From: Jiangella mangrovi
Lineage (GTDB): Bacteria > Actinomycetota > Actinomycetes > Jiangellales > Jiangellaceae
NCBI RefSeq assembly: GCF_014204975.1
Contig: NZ_JACHMM010000001.1
Coordinates: 5,432,037-5,456,036, forward strand
Direction of reading: 5' to 3'
Length of the DNA: 24,000 nucleotides
Shown: one piece after another, positions 22,077-24,000 of the stretch
Position numbering within the stretch: the first letter of the stretch is position 1
Layout: every line of letters begins with the position of its first letter
Program-made: the position numbers and the translations under genes
Notes under the pieces: generated by a model
Seen by the model: the letters and a program-made list of their open reading frames with translations, nothing else
Databases searched by the model: none
Told to the model about the DNA's origin: nothing

Positions 22077-22925
22077 TCAGCCGATGGAGCGGAGCTGCGG
22101 GAGCAGCTCGGCCGCCGCCGTCGCCTGCGCCTCGGCGGAGCCGGGGCGGGTGATGAGGATGATGTCGTCGGCGCCCACGGCGGCGAATGCCTCCACCCGC
22201 GAAAGCACGTCGGCCACATCGTCGCTCAACCGGAGCTGCATGGTGCGCCGGATGGCCGCGGGATCCCGCCCCACCGAAGCACAGTGAGCATCCAAGACAC
22301 CCGACAACTCCGCGAACTCCGAAGGCTCGACGCCGGTCGAGTTCCAGGCGTCGGCGTAGAGGGCGGTGATGCGGAGGGTTCGCTTGCGGCCGCTGCCGCC
22401 GATCCAGATGGGCGGGTAGGGCGACTGCACCGGCTTCGGCTCCGCAACCGCGTCGGTCACCTGATAGTGCGTACCCGCGAAAGTCGTCCGCGGCGACGTC
22501 CACAGCGACCGGATGATCTGGCAGGCCTCCTCGAGCCGGTCGAGCCGCTCCCCCGCCGTCCCGAACTGAAGGCCGAACATCGTGTGCTCGTACTCGGCCC
22601 ATGCTGCGCCGATGCCGAACTCGAGCCGGCCGGTGGACAGGTGATCAACCGTAGTGGCGATCTTGGCGAGCACGCCAGGGTGACGGTACGTGTTGCCCGT
22701 CACCATGCAGCCGATGCGCACCCGGGTGGTCGACTCGGCCATGGCGGCAAGCAGGGCCCACGCGTCGAAGATGTCACCGTCGGGGTCGCCGCCGATGGTG
22801 GCGAAGTGGTCCATGTTCCACACGTGGTCGAAGCCCGCCTCGTCGGCGATGCGCCAGACGGCGCGGTACTCGTCGATGGGGGCCTGCTGGCTCAGCTTCA
22901 GTCCGTAGCGCACGCCGTCAGTCAA
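22077..22925 (-). CDS. LLM-class (luciferase-like) F420-dependent oxidoreductase
   Basis: 282 aa. The start is TTG 22925, or alternatively GTG 22913 (MRYGLKLSQ...). FDHVWNMDHF, RVRIGCMVTGNTYRHPGVLAKIATTVDHLSTGRLEFGIGAAW is the typical LLM TIM-barrel signature. Confidence 0.8.
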   Translation of the reverse strand: MTDGVRYGLKLSQQAPIDEYRAVWRIADEAGFDHVWNMDHFATIGGDPDGDIFDAWALLAAMAESTTRVRIGCMVTGNTYRHPGVLAKIATTVDHLSTGRLEFGIGAAWAEYEHTMFGLQFGTAGERLDRLEEACQIIRSLWTSPRTTFAGTHYQVTDAVAEPKPVQSPYPPIWIGGSGRKRTLRITALYADAWNSTGVEPSEFAELSGVLDAHCASVGRDPAAIRRTMQLRLSDDVADVLSRVEAFAAVGADDIILITRPGSAEAQATAAAELLPQLRSIG

Positions 22926-22990
22926 CCACGCCCCTGACGGGACGGAGAGCGACGCCGAGCCGGGCCGGCGGCATCACCTCTCGGTTCCTG

Positions 22991-23051
22991 GTTGATCATG
23001 GAGAAGGTCGGCTTCCGGGCGACGTGGAAACCGACCTTCTCCATGATCAAC
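22991..23051. repeat. Perfect 21-bp inverted repeat hairpin in the intergenic region
   Basis: gttgatcatggagaaggtcgg 22991-23011 pairs perfectly with ccgaccttctccatgatcaac 23031-23051. After a 1x1 mismatch there are 4 more base pairs (23013-23016 with 23026-23029) and a 9-nt loop. The arms are 11/21 G+C, well below the local background. Confidence 0.7.
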
Positions 23052-23107
23052 AACGGGCCCGCAATCCAGCGGAAACCCCTACCGAGCCCACCGACAGTCA
23101 CGGGCGG

Positions 23108-24000
23108 TCAGGCGGCGGCGGGCACCCGGGCCAGGAAGTCCTTGATCTCCACCGCGGCGTCGCGGCCGGCCCGGTTGGCGCCGACGGTGCTGGCGGAGGG
23201 GCCGTAGCCGACGAGATGGATCCGTGGGTCGCGAGCCACGCGGGTGCCGTCCATCCGCACCCCGCCGCCCGGCTCGCGCAGCCGGAGCGGGGCGAGGTGA
23301 CCCAGGGCGGCCCGGAAGCCGGTCGCCCAGATGATCACATCGGCCGGCACCACGGTCCCGTCCGCGAATTCCACCCCGTCCGGCACCACCCGGGTGAACA
23401 TCGGCTGCCGCTCGAGCACGCCCTTCGCCAGGGCCTCCCGCACGACGTCGGTGTAGCCGAGGCCGGTGACGGCGACGACGCTGAGGGGCGGCAGGCCGGC
23501 CCGGACCCGGGCCTCGACGTCGGCGATGATCGAGCGGCCGACCTCGGGGCCGAACTCCCCCGAGCGGAACTCCGGCGGCCGCCTGGTCACCCACGTGACC
23601 GAGGCCGCCACGTCGCCGATCTCGGACAGGACGTGCGCGGCCGAGTGCCCGCCGCCCACCACCACGACGCGAAGGCCCGCGAAGGACGATGGGCCGCGGT
23701 AGTCGGACGAGTGGAGTTGGCGGCCGCGGAACGACGCGGCGCCGGGGTAGTACGGCCAGTGCGGACGGGTCCAGGTGCCGGTCGCGTTCGCGACCACCCG
23801 CGCGGTCCAGGTCGCGCCGTTCGACGCTGCCACCCGCAGCCGCCCGTCGTCCAGCGGCGACACGGACGTCACCCGCACGGGCCGCAGCACCGGCAGCGAG
23901 AACCGGCGCTCGTAGTCGGCGTAGTACCGCCCGACCACCTCCGACGCGGGCAGCCCGGTCTCGCCGTCCACAGCTATCCGATGCGCGCCCGGCAGGTCGA
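23108..24000 (-). CDS. Flavin-containing monooxygenase-like NAD(P)/FAD-dependent oxidoreductase; 5' end lies outside the window
   Basis: The frame stays open beyond the listed GTG at 23971 to the window edge (...DLPGAHRIAVDGETG...). The FMO-type motifs are ATGTWTRPHWPYYPGAASFRGRQLHSSDY (FxGxxxHxxxY), a second dinucleotide site VVVGGGHSAAH, and IWATGF. Confidence 0.75.
   Translation of the reverse strand, partial: DLPGAHRIAVDGETGLPASEVVGRYYADYERRFSLPVLRPVRVTSVSPLDDGRLRVAASNGATWTARVVANATGTWTRPHWPYYPGAASFRGRQLHSSDYRGPSSFAGLRVVVVGGGHSAAHVLSEIGDVAASVTWVTRRPPEFRSGEFGPEVGRSIIADVEARVRAGLPPLSVVAVTGLGYTDVVREALAKGVLERQPMFTRVVPDGVEFADGTVVPADVIIWATGFRAALGHLAPLRLREPGGGVRMDGTRVARDPRIHLVGYGPSASTVGANRAGRDAAVEIKDFLARVPAAA

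Noticed and set aside
22992-23207. ORF MIMEKVGFRATWKPTFSMINNG..., starting inside the 21-bp inverted repeat
   Set aside because: Its N-terminus is just the translation of the two palindrome arms. The remainder is antisense to the 3' end of the FMO-like gene. There is no RBS.

Overview
This is a high-GC, actinobacterial-type chromosomal segment. By hand count, core lines run about 75% G+C (45/60 at 15121-15180). Two patches are visibly lower: about 9.4-12.1 kb, and about 17.5-22.07 kb (31/60 at 20401-20460).

I support 22 protein-coding genes:
- HpcH-family aldolase (partial)
- an (alpha/alpha)6-type glycosidase
- a LysR-HTH::alpha/beta-hydrolase fusion regulator, divergent from a degenerate hydrolase paralog plus a DHA2 MFS pump
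- a 2-hydroxyacid dehydrogenase
- a PQQ sugar dehydrogenase
- a DUF4097-like repeat protein
- two secreted proteins or lipoproteins
- an RHH/MazF-like toxin-antitoxin pair
- a Ro60/TROVE-vWA protein
- a PadR plus MacB-type ABC pair
- an ACT protein
- a three-gene low-GC cassette
- an LLM oxidoreductase
- a partial FMO-like oxidoreductase

There is also one IS5-family insertion sequence and several structured non-coding elements.

The strongest non-obvious signal is in the 445-nt ORF-poor gap upstream of the Ro60 gene. It contains a base-by-base convincing, circularly permuted tRNA mimic (T-arm, closed acceptor hairpin, U8-A9, D-arm, anticodon-like stem). This is a YrlA-type Y RNA that gene finders and tRNA scanners would miss.

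The best candidates for something undescribed are:
1. The low-GC plus-strand cassette at 17.8-21.9 kb. It holds a zinc-ribbon protein, a 70-aa Cys/His mini-protein and a split-Walker P-loop ATPase, and is bisected by an IS inserted exactly at a CTAG stop codon.
2. The LysR HTH fused to an HSL-family hydrolase fold.

All functional calls come from motif recognition by eye. No database search was run.
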